Assembly: GCA_013239625.1 (NCBI GenBank)
Contig: MU053933.1
Coordinates: 1,552,001-1,616,000 of the forward strand
Length of the DNA stretch: 64,000 nucleotides
Source of the DNA: Lama guanicoe
Lineage: Eukaryota
Direction of reading: 5' to 3'
The notes below the pieces were generated by a model that saw nothing but the letters and a program-made list of their open reading frames with translations, did not search any database and had not been told where the DNA came from. The position numbers were made by a program, and so were the translations under genes. Within the stretch, counting starts at the first letter, position 1. Each line of letters begins with the position of its first letter. Below, in pieces: positions 48,028 through 60,092 of this stretch.

Positions 48028-48774
48028 GGCTTGAGGGGAAGTGACAGGCGAGGGGCTTCCAGAGTGGGGTCCCCTTCAGGGCCAGTGGGTTCATACACCA
48101 CTGCGCCCTCTGACCTTTCTCTGGGAACATCCACCCAAAGAGGTGCCCCACGTGGGCAGAGGGCCAGCGAGGGTGGGTCCGGGTCCCCCGGGAGGCCCTT
48201 GTTCTGGTCCTAACGGTGGGGGCTCTTGGCGGTTCTGGAACCACCCCAGAGGAGGCAGCTGTCCCCCCTTGTGGGCTATGACGCTACGTTTCCCTTTGGA
48301 GACGCAGATCACACTGAGCTCTTAAGCCAATGAGACAGGGGCCGGGCCACCTGCATTTTGACTCAGTCCAGCCTCGTGTTTGTCAGACGCCTGAACCCCT
48401 GCAATTCCTGCCGGCATGAGTCACAGCCTGCTGACTAAGGCTGTAGCCTGTCAGTCTTTAAATCCTATAATTACTTCTCGACCGAGGTTTTTAACAACAA
48501 ACTCGACAATATACTCAAGTGGCAGCTCCGCCGGGGTGTGAGTCCCATTTCACAGGCACTTCCTCCCGAGCGCCACAGCTGCTCCCACTGCGCCCACGTC
48601 CTGGCCTGAGGGTCACACTGACCGTGATGACTCTGAAAAGGCAGCAGTTTCCACGCCCAGAATTTCCCCCAATAACTGACTTTCTGGTAGTAAGAGGAGA
48701 TGTCACCGCCCTTTCCTCCCCAGGAGCCATTCTGGCAACGCTATTTATTTTTAACACAGCTGAGCCGGTCACTT

Positions 48775-49335
48775 TATTCTTTTTTTTTTAAATCAGGTAT
48801 AATTGATTTACAATGTGTTAATTTCTGGCGCGCAGCATAGTGATTCAGTTATATATGTGTATATTCCTTTTCATATTCTTTTTTTAAGTTTTATATTTTC
48901 TTTTAACATTTTTTATTGATTTATAATCATTTTACAATGTTGTGCCAAATTCCAGTGTAGAGCACAATTTTTCAGTTATACATGAACATATATATATTCA
49001 TTGTCACATTTTTTCCTCTGTGGGCTACCATAAGATCTTGTATTTCCCTGTGCTATACAGTATAATCTTGTTTATCTGCTCTACAATTCTGAATCCTTTT
49101 CATCTTCTCTTTCATCATAGGCCACTACAAGGTATTGAGTATAGTTCCCTGTGCTGCACAGTAGGACCTTGCTGTTTATCTATTTTATATATAGTAGTTA
49201 GTATATGCAAATCTCGAACTCCCAATTTATCCTTTCCCACCCCCTTTCCCCGCTGGTAAATACATTTGTTCTTCATGTCTGTGAGTCTGTTTCTGGTTTG
49301 TAAATTAGTTCCTTTGTGTCCTTCTTTTTAGATCG
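48775..49335 (-). mobile_element. L1 3' end with a second short L1 3' end nested in it
   Basis: Two tandem tttacaatg...tcagttata...ccctgtgct modules similar to the 22.7-kb L1 tail. Confidence 0.75.
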
Positions 49336-49834
49336 GCAACTTTATCTTAAATGATGGATGCATGAATATGTGCTGAAGTCTGCCAATAAAAATGCTGCAA
49401 AGGTGAGCATGAGGCTGGAGGGGACGCAGGCATATTTTGCCACAATCTGGTCCCAAGGTGCTGGACAGAGTCCCCCTTCTTTGCCTTCAGAACCGTGAGC
49501 CTCCCTACCCTCCCCTGCCCCATTCTAACCACACGGCTCACCATCTCTTCCACAAGCACACAGTGCTCTTTACCCTCTGGTTCGTGGGGATCCCTTGGCT
49601 GGAAGGCCTTCCCACCCTTCCCAGCCAGTTCTGAATCCCAGGAGCCCGTAGGAGCTGCTCAGTGAGTTTGGGAATGCACTGAGCCCTCAGTGGGCCCCTC
49701 CTGGCTGACTGTGGACCCTGCCCGGGCTTTGGAGTTGGTGAACTGTTGGAATAGGTGCTGAGTCCATGGTGCTACCCTGGGAGAGCATCCAGCCCTCACA
49801 TCATTCCATGTCGTCCCCCCTATTCCTAACCCCA

Positions 49835-50265
49835 TGTTGGGCATTGAACTGTGGCCCCAAAATGCAGCAGTAGCCCAAACCCCCAGTACCTGTGCTTGTG
49901 ACCTTATTTGGAAAAAGGCCTTTGCAGACAATCAAGCTAAGACGAGGTCATCAGGGTGGGCCCTCATCCTAATTAGACTGCGTTCTTATGAGAAGGGAAG
50001 ATTCAGACAGAGGCGCACAGGGGGACACCACATGAAGACGAAGGCAGAGATCGGGGCCATGCTTCTCGAGGCTGAGGAGCCCCAGAGATGGCCAGCACAT
50101 CGCCAGAAACTACAGAGAGCCTGGAGCGGAGTCTCCCTCCAAGTCCAAGAAGGAACCGACCCTGCCCACGCCTCGGTCTCGACTTCCAGCCCCCAGAGTT
50201 GAGAGGGAACACCTCTCTGTTGTTTGAGCCACTCGGTTGCAGTACTCTGTCACAGCAGCCCTCAA
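49835..50265 (+). mobile_element. MLT1-type LTR
   Basis: gtgaccttatttggaaaaaggcctttgcaga...gaaggaaccgaccctgcccacgcctcggtctcgacttccagccccc. Confidence 0.8.
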
Positions 50266-50894
50266 AGCCCCATCTTCACAAATGAGCGCCGAGTCACAGA
50301 AAGGTGGCATAAGGCAGGAAGCAGCGGGGCTGGTCTTGAACCCCAGAGGTGACAGAACCGGCAGGCCACATTCCCTCAACAAATACGCGCTGAAATGTGT
50401 CAAAGCGAACGGGACGGCTTCGGGGGTGGGGTCACAGTCAGCAGACGAGCTTCTTAGGGTCCTGTGTCTGGCGGGGAGGATGTGATCCCTGAACAAAACA
50501 CTTCCTCCTGTCTGACCCAAGGTCCCTCTGCAGCAAAACCTGAACACCTCCTCCCTGAAATGAACCTGCTACGCTCCCCTGCTTTGTAACATAAAGGAGA
50601 AACACATTTATAACTAGAACAACTGCTTTCGACATGTGAGTGCCTGGGTGAGGACTGTGCTTGGGCTGACGTGCTGAGCATCACAATGAACAATGACAGA
50701 AGCCAGAGATGCAGGCGGAGACGCACTGAATGGACCACTGAGCTCCCATCAGGGGTTGCCATTGGAAACCCAGGTTTATGAAATGATGAGCAGAGCTAGG
50801 TGGAGATCAGAACAAAGCAAAGCGCAATCTTCTGTCAATTTGTGTGGCGTGTGCACTCCTAGAGAATTATATTAATGCCACACAAAAATATCTG

Positions 50895-51235
50895 TGTGTG
50901 TTGGTCAGTTTGGGCGGCCAGAACAGAACACCGCACTTGGACTATTTAAACCACAGGTGTTCATTTCTCACAGTTCTGGAGTCTGGATGTCTGGGATGTG
51001 GGTTCTCGGTGAGGCCCTCTCCCTGGTTCATGAGTGACCGTCTTCTCACTGTGTCCTCACCTGTGGAGGGAGAGGGGGAGCCCTCCAGCATTCCCCTTAT
51101 GGGGCCACTAATCCCATCGGAACAGGGCCCCACCCTTACGACCTCATTTAACCTTAATTACTTCCTTGGTCCAATACACTGGGGGTTCAGGACCTCAGCA
51201 GATGGATCTGGGGGGACACAGTCCAGTCCACAGCA
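50895..51235 (-). mobile_element. MLT1-type LTR
   Basis: catttctcacagttctggagtctgg...ggccccacccttacgacctcatttaaccttaattac. Confidence 0.8.
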
Positions 51236-51789
51236 GTGTTTAGACATGAAACACACTTATGACCTAGGGTAGGCTCACAGTTAACAAGACGCTCCCACTT
51301 GAACGTGTGCCCGGACCTTATGTGTGTGACTCCATCCTGTACTTTGCTGGGTGGGAAGCCTGACTCATTCCAAACAGAAACCACCAGAGGCCCTAAGTCC
51401 TGGGCCATCAAACATAGCCAGAGACTCAAAACATGCGGCGGGGGGCTGCCCAGCTGAGCTCCCCACCCGCAGGAAGGCGCCGAGAACAGCTCCGCAGGGA
51501 TGGCGTGTGGAGGAGAGGACTTCAGCAGTGTTTCTGGGGCAGACCTGGGAGAGTTGTTTTTTTAGTATTTGTCCTGCTTGAGGATCTCTGTGTTTCCTCA
51601 GCTGGTGTCTTTTGGAAACTGCTCAGCCCCCATCTCTTCAAGTATTGTTTCAACCCCATGCTCTCTCCCCACCACCTGGGACTCTGGCCACACCCACACT
51701 GGGGCTTACGTTGCACAGAGGGTCATTCAGGCACTTGCTGTGGGTTTTGTTTTGTTGTTGTTGTTGTTTTACCACTTTTAATTATTGAG

Positions 51790-51914
51790 GGGGTACCTAG
51801 GCTTATTTATTTTTATTTTATAATTATTATTTTCAGTGGAGGCATACTAGGGATGGACTCCAAGACCTCGTGCACGCGAAGCCCGCGCTCCAGCACTGAG
51901 CGGCCCTTGCCTCC
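51790..51914 (-). mobile_element. Camelid-type SINE (GC-shifted) at the left edge of the orphan CpG island
   Basis: gacctcgtgcacgcgaagcccgcgctccagcactgagc plus T-rich tail. Confidence 0.75.
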
Positions 51915-51949
51915 TGCTGTGCTGGTTTAAAGTTCTAATTAAACTTCGT

Positions 51950-52860
51950 GCGCTTTGGTTTGGGCGTTTCGCGTTAATCCGTCCCTCGGTTCACGCACCC
52001 CGCCTGTGTCCGGCCTCCCGGCAAACCCGGCCCCGACCTGCTCACTTCAGGGGAGCCCTTTCCTGCGCGGCGCTCTCGGTCCCGGTCCCGGCTGGCCGGC
52101 GCGTCCTCGGCGCGAGCTGGCGCGCGTGCGGTCCGGCGCCCGCAGCCGGACCTCAGAACCGCGCTCCCTGCGCCCCCAGACCCCGGGGCTGGGGCCTTGC
52201 CCTCGGGGGGCTCGCGGGGTGCGCGCACGGCTGTGCACGGCTGCGCCCCCTGCGCTGGTCACCGCGCTGGCGACGCTTGGGACAAACCAAAACGGGCCCG
52301 GGAGCTCGCCGAAGGCTCCGCCGCCAACGGCGGGACAGGGCGTGCGGCTCTGGCCCCGCGCCGGCAGGACCCGCAGAGCCGTCCGGCCTGTGGTTCGAGG
52401 CCACGCCGTTCAGAAAGCAGGTCTTCCACCAAGAGCGACGGGCTCGGCGCACCTGGGCCCCGCAGACAAGCAGGGGCCGGAGAGGGGCCCAGCGGGCGCG
52501 GGCGCGGGGGGCGGCTCGGGGATGGGGTGCGCGGCCGGCCCCTCCCACGGGGACCCCGGCCCGCCCGGCGGCAGCCGCACCCGCTCCTCTCCGCGCCGCT
52601 GGTTTCACTCCCGCCTCTCTGAGCGCCTGGAGTTGAATTCACGCAGGTTAAGTGAGACTCGAGTGAAAACGCAGTGACAACCTAAACATCCATTAACTGG
52701 GACCAGGATTTGCTGAAGAAAAATAACAACGTCCACGTGTCCGAGTGCAGCAGCCGTGAAAACCAGCGGCGTGAAGTGAGCGCGCGGTGGGGGGCGCGGC
52801 TCAGCGGCCGAGCGTGCGCCACTGCGAGGGGCCGGGCCCCTCGCCGGTACCTCCATTTAG
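51950..52860. promoter_or_regulatory. Orphan CpG island (no recognisable gene attached)
   Basis: About 900 bp of very high GC/CpG flanked by AT-rich repeat DNA; its ORFs are low-complexity Gly/Ala/Arg/Pro only. Confidence 0.7.
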
Positions 52861-52900
52861 AGCAAACGAATGAATAGACCTGATTACCTCCCCTCTCCCC
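52786..52900 (+). mobile_element. Camelid-type SINE, extremely GC-shifted, at the right edge of the orphan CpG island
   Basis: ggggcgcggctcagcggccgagcg...cgagg...ggtacctccatt...gacctgattacctcccc is colinear with the SINE consensus, including the distinctive acctaattacctcccc tail. Confidence 0.8.
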
Positions 52901-53069
52901 AGAATTACCCTTGACATGGGAAGACGCATACCACCGTGTAATGAAAATGGCAGGTTGTAAAATAATGTGACAGATCTATTTTACTCTTAAAAAGAAACAT
53001 AAAAATTCTAGGTTTACATCAAAATCCTACCAATGGGTCATAGAATTACACACAATTTTTACTTATAAA

Positions 53070-54075
53070 CATGTATTATTTTAATTCATAGATCTGTTTT
53101 TAGAATAGTTCTACATTAATAGAAAACTTAAGGACACAGTAAAGAAAATGTCCATATACCCCTCCCACACACATGGTGTCCCCTGTTGTTAACCCCTGGA
53201 ATTAGTGTAATACGTTTGTTACAATCAGTGAGCGGCGTTATAACATTATGAGTAACTAAAGCCTGCAGTTTGCACAGCGTTCGCTCTTGGTGTTGTACAT
53301 CCGATGGATTTTGACAAATGTGTAATGACTCGTGTCTACCATTAACGTCTCACACAGAGCAGTTTCACTGCCCTAAAAATGCTCTGTGCTCCGCCTGTTC
53401 ACCCCTCTCTCCCCCTTACCCCCGGCAACCACCGATTTTCTCGTACAGCCTCTGTAGTTTGACCCTTTCCAAAGTGTCACACAGTCAGAATCATCTGTAG
53501 CCTTTTAGGACTGGCTTCTCCCACTCAGCAATACACACTGTTTCCTCCACGTCGTTTGTGCTTTGATAGCTCATTTGCTTAACTTCAGAATAACATTCCA
53601 CTCGGTTTGCTCATCCATTCAACTACTGAGGGGCGTCTTGGTTGCTTTCACCCTTAGCAGTTGTGAATAAAGCTGCTATAAATGTCCATGTGCAGGTTTT
53701 TGTGTGGACGTAAGTTTTCAACTAGGAATGTAATTCTATGGCAAAACTACGTGTAGCTTTATTTTAAAAGCAGCCAGACTGTTCCAAAGTGGAGGTGCCA
53801 TGTTGTGTTCCCGCCAGCAGTGAATGGGAGTCCCTGTGGCTCCACGCCCTCGTCAGCACCTGGTGTTGTCAGGGCTCTGAACTTGAGCCGTCCTGATAGA
53901 TGACCCCCCTTAGCTGCGTTCGTTTGCGCTTCCCCGGTGGCATATAACGCTGGCAAAGCTTTACGTGCGTATCTTCTTTGGTGAGGGGTCTGTTCAGGTC
54001 TTTTGCCCATTTTTAATTGGGGTGTTTGTTTTCTTATTATCAAGTTTTAAGAATTCTTTGTATATTTTTGTATGT
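53070..54075 (-). mobile_element. Old L1 3' end (L1MC/MB-like)
   Basis: gtgaataaagctgctataaatgtccatgtgcaggtttttgtgtggacgtaagtttt; gtctgttcaggtcttttgcccatttttaattgg. Confidence 0.85.
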
Positions 54076-54224
54076 TTTGTGTATTCTTTGCATTCTCTGA
54101 TGGTGGAACGCAACACAGCGACTCACAGACAGACAGGAGGCTGGACTCCGTTACCTAGAGCTCCAGACGAGAGAAGACTGCCACGCAGGGCCACATCAAG
54201 GCTGCACCTGGGGGCATCAGCAGG

Positions 54225-54790
54225 CTGACATGACCAAGGAAAGACTTGAGGAGCTTGAAGAAACCATCAGTGGAAACCAGCTCAAAAGCAGAGAAAGATG
54301 TTGAACAGAAGATCCAGGAACTATGGGACAATTACAAAAGGCGTAGCCCATGCGCAGCTGGAACCCCAGAAGGAGACAAAGGAGAGAAAGGAACAGAAGA
54401 AACATCTGAGGGAACAATGGCTGATGATTGTCTAAAATCAGCGGCAGACACCAAAGCACAGACCCAGGAAGCTAAGAGAACACCAAGTGGGACAAATGCC
54501 AAAAAGACTGCACCAAGGCATGTCACATGCAAACTGCAGGAAACCAGAGACAGAGGGAAACTTAAAAGAGGTCAAAGGAAAAAACCAGCAGGCCTGTGGA
54601 GGCACAAGGGTGAGGATTACCTCTGATGTGTCCCCAGAAACCACGCGGGCAGGAGGAGGGGCAGTGAGATAGTCGGCGTGTTCAAAGGACAAGAACCAGT
54701 GTGCGCTCCGTACCCAGTGACACCTTCCTTCAAACGTGGAGGAGGGAGAAAGACTCTCTGACAAACAAAACCTGGGGCATTTGTTGCCAG
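54225..54790 (+). mobile_element. L1 ORF1 fragment, decayed
   Basis: Remnant peptide EQKIQELWDNYKR...GTPEG...QTQEAKRTP...PRHVTCKL resembles L1 ORF1p. Confidence 0.8.
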
Positions 54791-56218
54791 CAGACCTGCC
54801 TTGTGAGAAATGGGTGTGTGCTCAGAAGCATTTCTGGGTCATCTTTCTCTGGTCACCTGGGACAGCAAGCTGGAGGGCTGGCGTTTCTCTCCATCTTTGC
54901 AGTTGGGCCCTGGAAGCACTCCTGGAGGCAACACCCTCCCCGCCTCAATGTGTCTCCTCCCCAAGAGGTTTTAACTCTCAAGTTAGTCCACACTCAGCCT
55001 CCAGCCATTTGTCAAGCATGATTTTCACTGTTCCTGCAGTGACTGGTTCTGGAAGCTTCCGCGCCAGCCAGCACTGGCCCCTGCCCTGAAGGAGGTAGCC
55101 TGGTGGGAAGCTGGTTTTATTAATCACCAGCACGTGTGGGAGCACACGCTCGGGTTAACAGGCCTCGCTATTGTAACGATCGCTTTACCGAATCGTACTC
55201 TCTCCTTTGTGCAGGCACATGAGACGTGCATAACCGAAGCCCACGCTTTCTGTGCTTGTCACTGTGCTGCTGCTTCAGAGCCAAGGGTCCCACAGCACAC
55301 AGGCTGAACTCTCGACACCAGTCCCCTCCTCATCTGCAGAGCTTCGCTCAGCTGCCTCGGAGCCGCTTTGCCAGCAGGACCTGCTACCAACTGGCTCCTC
55401 GCCGTGAAAAGCGGAGACATGCCCTGCTCGCTTTGCTGAGCTCGGGGCTGCTTGCGCTCATGGAAAGCCACAGCTCGTCCCCCGCCCCGGCCGGCAGGAC
55501 GCGCTTCGCTCATCAGGCGCAGGCGGACAGCGTGGGCCGCTCCTGCGCGCGGAAGACAGTGCCTGAGCGCCCGGCTGGGGACAGCGGGGCGGCTTCGCGC
55601 GCTCAGACGACTTCTGATCGTTGTGCGGAGACTCCGCGGTGGTCTGGGTTTTCGTTATCAATTGTTGGGAACACTGTAACCTCGCTCATGATTGTTGGGG
55701 GCTTAAAATAGCCGTTTGTACGTACCGTCAATATTGTAACTTCTCTCGAGTATAAATTAAGATCACAATGTTTCTGTTTCTCACTGACTGAAACCGCTGG
55801 CCTGCGGCCCTGCACGCGCACCGTGCCCTTTACTCATTCCTACAGCGCATTTCACTTTGGCTCTTTGTCTGACTCTTCTCAGTAAATACAGGAGCTCTGG
55901 CTCCCTCTCACTCTCTTGACCTGATACAGTCTTGAGTGATTTCGTTCTTCCGCGGTGGGGTTTTTGCTGGACAAAACCCACGACGGACAGAACCCACAAG
56001 CATGTGTTATGATTCATCTGATACGATTCCCACAGGAAATCTGAGCCAGCGATGCTGTTATCGCCCCGTTTTCCAGATTAGGCAGAGGTGAGCTGAGGGT
56101 TCACCTCGGGCTTGCACAGTCCTTAGTAAGGACCACAGGTGGGCGAACCAGGGACTCTCACAGGCTCTGATGCTGTGCAATCAGGTCTGGGTCAGCCCTG
56201 GGCTGAGGAGGGCTGGCC

Positions 56219-56770
56219 TGTTTGGCATGATAGCAGAGGCAAACAGAAGACCCTATACCTCCTGATGACATATTTAAGATCATTTAAAACTCTAAACGGA
56301 GTAACTGTGGTTCAGGCATCCAAAATGGAGATGGGTGGCCGTTGCGGATGTGGTTTCAAAATATTCCTGCATCAAGAACTTGAAATTTCTGAACTGCATG
56401 AAAATCAAGGATACACAAACCTTTCCCTAAACAGTATGTTGGCCCCTGCCAGCTGCCAGCTGCAAGCTTGTAGTTTCAAAGTACCCCCTAGACACAGGCT
56501 TCTCAACTATGTAATCATTTCCAACACTAGCCAATCCTTGCTTAACAAGCACCCTTAACTTCTTCCAGCTCCAGTCCTAATTCTTGGCAAACACTTTTGT
56601 AACTTTGTGTCTTTTTTGCCTCTATCAGCCTCCCCCATTCTGTAGTCTGGCAGAACACAATTCAAGTGCTTCTTAAATGTGTCTGCAGGGTTACAGTCCT
56701 AACAAACTCCAAAAACAAAAACGCCTCTTTATTTCAACCACGTCTCCATTCTTGGAATTCTTGGCTAACA
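56219..56770 (+). mobile_element. Probable solo LTR
   Basis: TG...CA termini (tgtttggc...ggctaaca), catccaaaatggag near the start and an internal CCAAT box; TSD not clean. Confidence 0.5.
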
Positions 56771-56929
56771 CTCTAAAAATCCAGCTCCTACAATTAGACC
56801 AGTCCCTTTTATTTGCATATATAATTTCTATAAAACTATAGGGAGACGTTACACAAGTTCTTCTCTAAAAATGTCTCCTGTGTTTTTTATTTCCCAATTT
56901 TCAAGAATTCTTTAAGAATACAGATGCCT

Positions 56930-57090
56930 GGGAACTACAGTCACTATCTTGTAATCACCTATAATGAAAAAGAATATGAAAAAGAGTGTATGCATGTATG
57001 TGCATGACTGAAACATTGCGCTGTGCACCAGAGATTGACACAACATTGTAAACTGACTATACACCAATTAAAACAAAAACAAAAAAATAC
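56930..57090 (+). mobile_element. Short L1 3'-end insertion
   Basis: gggaactacagtcactatcttgtaatcacctataatg...cacaacattgtaaactgactatac plus A tail, flanked by aatacagatgcctg / aatacagatacctg. Confidence 0.8.
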
Positions 57091-57494
57091 AGATACCTGA
57101 TGTGTCTGTGTTAAAATTGTCTTCAGCTGCTGACAGGAGTGTCAATTACACACTTTCTTAGAATACAGTTTGGCAATATGGATTTAAGGATCTGAAGATT
57201 CCACTTCAAGGAATCCATACTAAGAAAGTAACTAGAAATGCACAGAAAGATTTACTTGCAAGTAAGTCCGATGAAATAGTTGTAACACTGAAGAGCGGGA
57301 GACAGTCTGACTATCAAGTAACAGAGGATGAAAGGAATTCTTGTAGCTCCACCTGATGGAGATAATGAAGCCGTTGAAGACCGCGGAAAAAAAATATAAG
57401 AAATAAATTAGAAAGCAAAGAAAAAATAAAAATTTTAAAAAGACCGTGGAGAAACAGTGGAGGACATGTTGAAGGTATAAAAAAAATACCACAG

Positions 57495-57600
57495 AGGGGA
57501 GGGTAGAGCTCGGCGGTAGAGTGTGTGCTTAACATGCACGAGGAAGTGAGTTCAATCCCCAGTACCTCCATTAAAAATAAAAATAAAATAAAATAAAAAA
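57495..57600 (+). mobile_element. Camelid-type tRNA-derived SINE
   Basis: ggggagggtagagctcggcggtagag...gttcaatccccagtacctccattaaaaata. Confidence 0.88.
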
Positions 57601-58319
57601 TCAAGGACTACCCCAAAGTTAAATATATATATTATAATGTATATACATAATACATTACCATCCCAGTGTTTAAAAAACCTGACGTCAGTGCGCTTCTTGA
57701 GCACTCACCATGCGTCACACACCTGCCGCGCACCATGTGAAAGCGGTGCGCTTAGAAAGGAGACCAGCAGGCCGCGCGCCCTCAAGCGCAGGGCTGAGGA
57801 GCGTGCTTCTCTCCGCAGCGTTTCTAGTCTTGCCGCGCTTCCTGCAACACGGGTTCTCTTACAGCCAGAGCAGCGTGAGCGGCGTTTGCGCATCGCCGTG
57901 GCGTGCGGCACGCAGAAAGGACGGGAACCCCTGCGGCAAAGCTGACGCAAGCCAGCCAAGGCAGCGAGGCTGCCTCCAGGGAGACGGGACGAAGACCCAG
58001 CGCCCGGGGAAGGCGAACTCGCAGGAAAGGGAGGATTTCCTCGCTTCCTCTCTTCTTTCTTGGTGAACAGTTTACCCCAGGCCCCTGAGGGTCTAAAATT
58101 CCTGGCTGTTGGCCCAGATTCTGAATCTTTTCCTGTTAGAGTGTCACTGTGGGAGGGGGGCGCGGGGAGAGGAAACGCTTCAGGGAACGCTGGCCAGGAC
58201 AGAGCGCAAGGCGTGACGATACCGCGGCAGGCGGGGACTCCGAGCAGCGAAAGCCCCTCGCGGGCTCCCCTTCAACCCGACACACGCTCCCCCGATCTCG
58301 CGAGAAGACTGTCCAGGTG

Positions 58320-58477
58320 GCCTGGGGCTGCTCGGGGTGGAGCCTGGAGCTGCTGGGGTGGAGCCTGGAGCTGCTGGGGTGGAGCCTGGAGCTGCTGGGG
58401 TGGAGCCTGGAGCTGCTCGGGGTGGAGCCTGGAGCTGCTCGGGGGGAGCCTGGAGCTGCTCGGGGTGCAGCCTGGGG
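58320..58477 (+). repeat. GC-rich minisatellite, 21-22-bp unit gcctggagctgct(c)ggggtgga, about 7 copies
   Basis: Direct reading; it produces the periodic peptides in the ORF track (WSLELLG, GGAWSCW). Confidence 0.95.
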
Positions 58478-58659
58478 ACCCCGGGGAGCCTGGGAGGCTG
58501 TCACAAGGGCCCGCTAGTGACCCGAAGGCAGCAAGCTGAGCTTCACACCAGACAAGCGTGCTTGAGGATTGAAAAGTCAAACTACACTCGGACAGCCCAG
58601 GAAAGAACCCAGGGGATTTTCTAGAATTTTGAAAAGACACTGGCCCAAAGTGGGGGTGG

Positions 58660-58782
58660 GTGGGGCGCGGAGGCAGTTAGGTTTATTTATTATTATTTAT
58701 TTAATGGAAGGACTGAGGACTGAACCCATGACCTCGTGCATGCCAAGCATGTGCTCTACCACTGAGCTACACTTTCCCCCTC
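58660..58782 (-). mobile_element. Camelid-type tRNA-derived SINE
   Basis: atggaaggactgaggactgaacccatgacctcgtgcatgccaagcatgtgctctaccactgagctacac. Confidence 0.85.
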
Positions 58783-59491
58783 AAAGTGTTTTAAATGTTC
58801 AAAAATCTTGTCCCCAAGATTAAGCAAAATAATAATAATAACTTCTAATTTAAAATTTTTTCAATTTCTTATTTTTTTATCTATTCTAATTTTTGTTTAA
58901 ACTTGTAACCCAGCCTTGAGGTTCCGCTGTTGCCTGTTAAGAAAGACATTCTAACTGGGAAATGACCAGAAATCTGCTCCCAAAAGGATGGAGCAATTTC
59001 TTAAACATGGAAGGATTTCAAACTAGAGTCTTCATTCCATAAAAATGGCGCCTGGAGTCCCTTGGTCATGAGAGAATGCAGAATTTTCCACCAGCTTCTG
59101 TTCAGCAGGGCCAGGGGAATCTTGGCTAAGCACTGAAGAGGAAACTCTCACTGAATGCTCCATCATGCTAGGCACTGAGTCTGTCTGCTGAATGCCCCTA
59201 ACATCACTTGGACATGATACTGGGATCACTTCCCTCCTCTGGTTCCCGCCCCTCCCAGCGCCAGTCCCAGCCTTGAGATGGAAAACCTGACTTTCACAGG
59301 CAAACTCACCAAACCCCCGAGCCCCCGCTCCAAACCACTCCTCTGCCCAGCTTACACTCTGGGAGGCACCGTCCCTCAGCCATAACTGCCCCAGGGGCGG
59401 GGACCACACAGCTGGAGACAGCCCTGCGCCCCGGAGCCTGCGGACCGTTCTAGCCAGTCGGCATGCGGCCTGGCACCTGCCCTGCCTTTCT

Positions 59492-60013
59492 CGTTGACGC
59501 AGTGGTAAAGGTTCCTGCTGGTAAAAGACGTGTTCACATATTGAGATATATATAACACGTGAGTTCACTTAAATTTGATGCTGACTAAAACAGCCTGTGT
59601 GTGGCCCATCGAACATGCACCGTCCATCTGCTCTAATTATTATGGAAAGGGCACATTGACCAGGAGTAAAGAAGGTCCATCTTGAAAAACAAAAAAGACC
59701 AACCGCCCGTCTTCCCGGGGCACCGGTGCTGGTCCTCCTTTGATGATCAGGCCCCTCCCACGTGCTGAGGCCACGCTGACTCACTGTGTCTGTGCTGGTC
59801 TGTTTTTATTTCGAAACCTTGAGAAAATGCAGTCCTGACTTGTTTAATGCTCTTTGTTCTGACACGATAGAAAACTGCTGGAAGCCCTGCTTCTCTGGAG
59901 CAGTTTCTCGGAGGAGCCTGGGAAGCAGGCTTCCAGGCTGGTCCTCAGTTTGGCTCAGATAAAACTCTCTTCTATTCTTATTATTGATTGTTTATTGATT
60001 ATTTTCATCGACA
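59492..60013 (+). mobile_element. ERV1-type solo LTR
   Basis: (t/c)gttgac...tcgaca termini; its 3' part (gagcagtttctc...gtcctcagtttggctcagataaaactctc...attgattattttcatcgaca) resembles the ends of the LTRs at 47474 and 61577. Confidence 0.7.
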
Positions 60014-60092
60014 GTGCCCAGGCCTTCCCCTCGCTCCTTCTGCCTCCTGACCCAACCCAGTGATTCCCGGCGTGGGCCTGCTGGTGTGGCAC

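Noticed and set aside
52602..52670. Pre-miRNA-like hairpin (tttcactc...gagtgaaa)
   Set aside because: Only about 8 bp of perfect outer stem with patchy inner pairing; not distinguishable from chance without folding and small-RNA data.
51955..52677. 240-aa and overlapping ORFs in the orphan CpG island
   Set aside because: Gly/Ala/Arg/Pro-only composition in several frames on both strands, no homology I recognise and no convincing splice pattern.
57495..57575. tRNA gene (A-box/B-box-like sequence; also at 2710, 31170, 58700, 61900)
   Set aside because: Followed by A-rich tails, dispersed in many diverged copies, several with TSDs: tRNA-derived SINEs, not tRNAs.
58320..58477. CRISPR-like array or repetitive protein
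   Set aside because: Units are contiguous with no unique spacers, unit length varies 21/22 nt and breaks frame, and the context is mammalian; it is a minisatellite.
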